A stretch of 64,000 nt of DNA. It comes from Pocillopora damicornis (Eukaryota). The stretch is from assembly GCF_003704095.1 (NCBI RefSeq), contig NW_020845410.1, forward strand, positions 1,116,001 through 1,180,000, read 5' to 3'. The position numbers were made by a program, and so were the translations under genes. This document shows positions 61,801 through 64,000 of this stretch, piece by piece (the first letter of the stretch is position 1; each line of letters begins with the position of its first letter). The notes under the pieces are model-generated. The model searched no databases, was not told the origin of the DNA, and saw only the letters and a program-made list of their open reading frames with translations.

Positions 61801-61975
61801 TGAATACTACATAGCTACACGTGTGTTTTATTACTTACGTGACAGTATTGTTGACTTTCTTTTCGGTATCTTCTTTAGAAACTTTCTTTGTATCTTTTTG
61901 CGATGAGAAAGCGGACGCATACAAAATGCAACCACAACACAACACAAGACAATACGAACTCCAAACTCGAAACAT
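58873..61975 (-). CDS. CREC-family EF-hand protein 2 (divergent), ends KVEL
   Basis: MFRVWSSYCLVLCCGCILYASA signal; DRDKDGKVNEEE, DTDKDDKLTFEE, KRFNVADADKDGLLN..FHPEERPHM, DINGDGLLSLEEY, DKNGDGSFDR, ADDNK|DGAITDSE; ends EKAEKNEKAKVEL*. Same seven-exon layout as protein 1. Confidence 0.88.
59052..59412. repeat. MITE-like repeat with aataagcgccc subrepeats in an intron of CREC gene 2
   Basis: gaataagcgccc, taataaacgccc, aaataagtgcc, aacaagcaccc, agtaaggcccc and taataagcgccc occur as direct subrepeats. Confidence 0.5.
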
Positions 61976-62920
61976 TGTGAAACTAAGGTTCGTGTGCTTT
62001 ACTTAAAGAGCGCTTTGTACTATCTTATGACAAGTTTAACTAAACCGGCATATATTGTATCGGTGATCCAAGATTTTGTCAAGTATAGTACACGTTGTAT
62101 GCTTCGTGTGAAGCCACGTAGCTTATGGTATCGGCTGATGCGCAATCTACCGTGCCGAAAATAATGTCGTCAAACATCTAACAAAAGGGTCTCTATAAAC
62201 TATGCCACTTAACGTAGAAAGTGAGCCGAGGGGGGAGAGTATGGAACAACACGGAAAACAAGTCTTTTGTGTCAAATGTCCGGTGAATCATGAAACAGCC
62301 AAAAATCCTTTAAAGTGCACTACACTTTTCTTTGTATTTACCAAAATTACAAGCATAGTCAGCATATCAATTTTTTCCGCATCCCACCTTTCGTCAGAGC
62401 CTCCCGCTGGCTACGTAATAGGAAATGGTAAATTCTAAATAAAAACCCAAGGAAACATCACAATATCAATTTCTAATGCATGCATGCAATACACAAACCT
62501 TTTTAACGCGTATTCCTTACCACTCTACGAAAGCCAACTGTGATATTTCAGTTTTGTCTAATGTTACAAACTATGGTCCTCCTAGACAAGTATTTCGATT
62601 TCTCTAGCGAACTGACAGGTCGCTTATCAAAACTATTGCACTGATTTCGCCTGCAAAGCTTTTTAGCTTCATTTTTTTCAAGGTTATTTATAAGGTATTG
62701 TGGTAAGAATTTCGGGGATTAATAGACAAACTTGTTGAACTAGAACAGCATGAAAATAAGCCAATAGTCTCAATGTCATTTAAAAACATGTATAAACAAG
62801 ATTTTAAACAAACAAATGACTTAGCACCATCGTGAAACATTGTGTTTTTTTCAACCAATGATAATGGTATTCCAAGTTTACCTACAATAGTATAATTTCA
62901 CTCAATCACATCACAGATCT

Positions 62921-63011
62921 TGAGCCCAGGGCGATCTCGGCTTCTTGTCAGCGGTATGGTCGTTCTTGGAGACCATACCGTTGACAATAAGCCAAAATAA
63001 TCGTGGGCTTG
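62921..63011. repeat. Palindromic hairpin element; half copy at ~451-487
   Basis: gagcccagg..ggcttcttgtcagcggtatggtc pairs with gaccataccgttgacaataagcc..gtgggctt. gagcccagggtcattttggctccttgtcagcggtat at 452-487 matches the left arm. Confidence 0.7.
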
Positions 63012-63285
63012 TGGTTGTCATATCACGCGATTCCCAAGTTTGTTTTCAATAAGCCACTGGTCTAAAAGAGTGCGTACTTATATGAGATCTTCGTGATCCC
63101 AAGTTTCTTACAAAAAAAAACACCAACCAATGTTCAAAACGTAGAGTGACCGTTGTATTTTCGTTTTAAGTTGCTTCCCTTATTGTTATCTCGTCCTCTC
63201 TGTTTCCTTTTCTCTTCAATTCAGTGTTTGCATCTTTGGAAGACGAACAGAGGGACCAGAGAAGAGTATTTTATACTAAGTGTCT

Positions 63286-63994
63286 TCACAATTCGTCTTT
63301 AACTTTTTGCCTTGTTTGGAATCCTTCAGGCCCGGCGGTGAAAATCTCCATATGGTTCCTGATTTCTTTTTCGCTTAAAACACCATCCTGTGTGTATTTA
63401 CAGATGAAAAAATGATGTCCTGAAGACGATAAGCCTCTCTAAAAATAAGTCTGTGAATCTCCAAGGGATATGGGACATAGGCGCAGTCCCTTCCTTTTGC
63501 GTTTCAGTGTGGAAATTATTAGAAACGCACTACATTACATATTCTCGTGATCTTTTCTTTTCATCGCGCTTGACAAAATAAATTGGAACAACTATCGACT
63601 TCTTTATTGCCACAAGTTGGTTTCAGTCACACTGGACACAGTTAAGATTACATAAAAGTTTTGCTTGTGCTAACGAACAAGTTGAAAGACATTCAAGGAA
63701 ATTTTGATAGAAGCATGGGCTCGGCCTAATTTGCGGTGACGCCCCTTCTTTTTAACCCACAATTTAAAACGTTCCACCACCTCTTCCAGAGGTGGTACTA
63801 TCCAAAAGACGAAGGTATGTAGAAAATAGACGGGAATTTGGGGCACACCCTCCGGTTACACTCAACTACCACGCATCTTTCATCATCTGAAAATAGATTA
63901 CCTTGTTATCGTCGGCTAATTTAACTTGTCTTTGTGCTTGATTATTTGCTTGGGCCGAGGTGTTTACTGCTGCTAACCACAGCTTCATCTCCTC
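63286..63994 (-). CDS. CREC-family EF-hand protein 3, last two exons, ends KDEL (gene begins beyond the right edge)
   Basis: Exon 63994-63902 EEMKLWLAAVNTSAQANNQAQRQVKLADDNK and exon 63387-63286 DGVLSEKEIRNHMEIFTAGPEGFQTRQKVKDEL*, with the same intron position (DDNK|D) as genes 1 and 2. Confidence 0.85.
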
Positions 63995-64000
63995 CTTAGG

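Overview
AT-rich, intron-containing animal DNA with many N gaps. The gene content and repeat style suggest a cnidarian, probably a stony coral (inference). Splice-aware reading gives, in order: the first exon of PPCDC (-); an intronless Rab8/10/13-like gene (-); a head-to-head pair of perilipin (PAT-family) genes, one with a long acidic tail and a GC-AG intron, the other with a duplicated first coding exon; an Mpo1/DUF962-type membrane dioxygenase-like gene (-); a ~990-aa protein with four tandem Ski/Sno/Dachshund-like domains in one giant exon plus a coiled-coil tail (+); ELP1 (-), head-to-head with LRRC28 (+); a cluster of intronless class A GPCRs partly hidden by gaps; a RING-only microprotein (-); and a tandem array of at least three calumenin/reticulocalbin (CREC) genes (-) ending in KDEL, KVEL and KDEL. 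Introns carry MITE-like palindromes, a dispersed ~200-bp TTAA/CCC-ended repeat family, tRNA-derived SINE remnants and a ~20-bp minisatellite. The most novel candidates are the multi-Dachshund-domain protein and the perilipin/Mpo1 lipid locus. All gene models and family calls were made by eye and from recalled family sequences; no searches were run.
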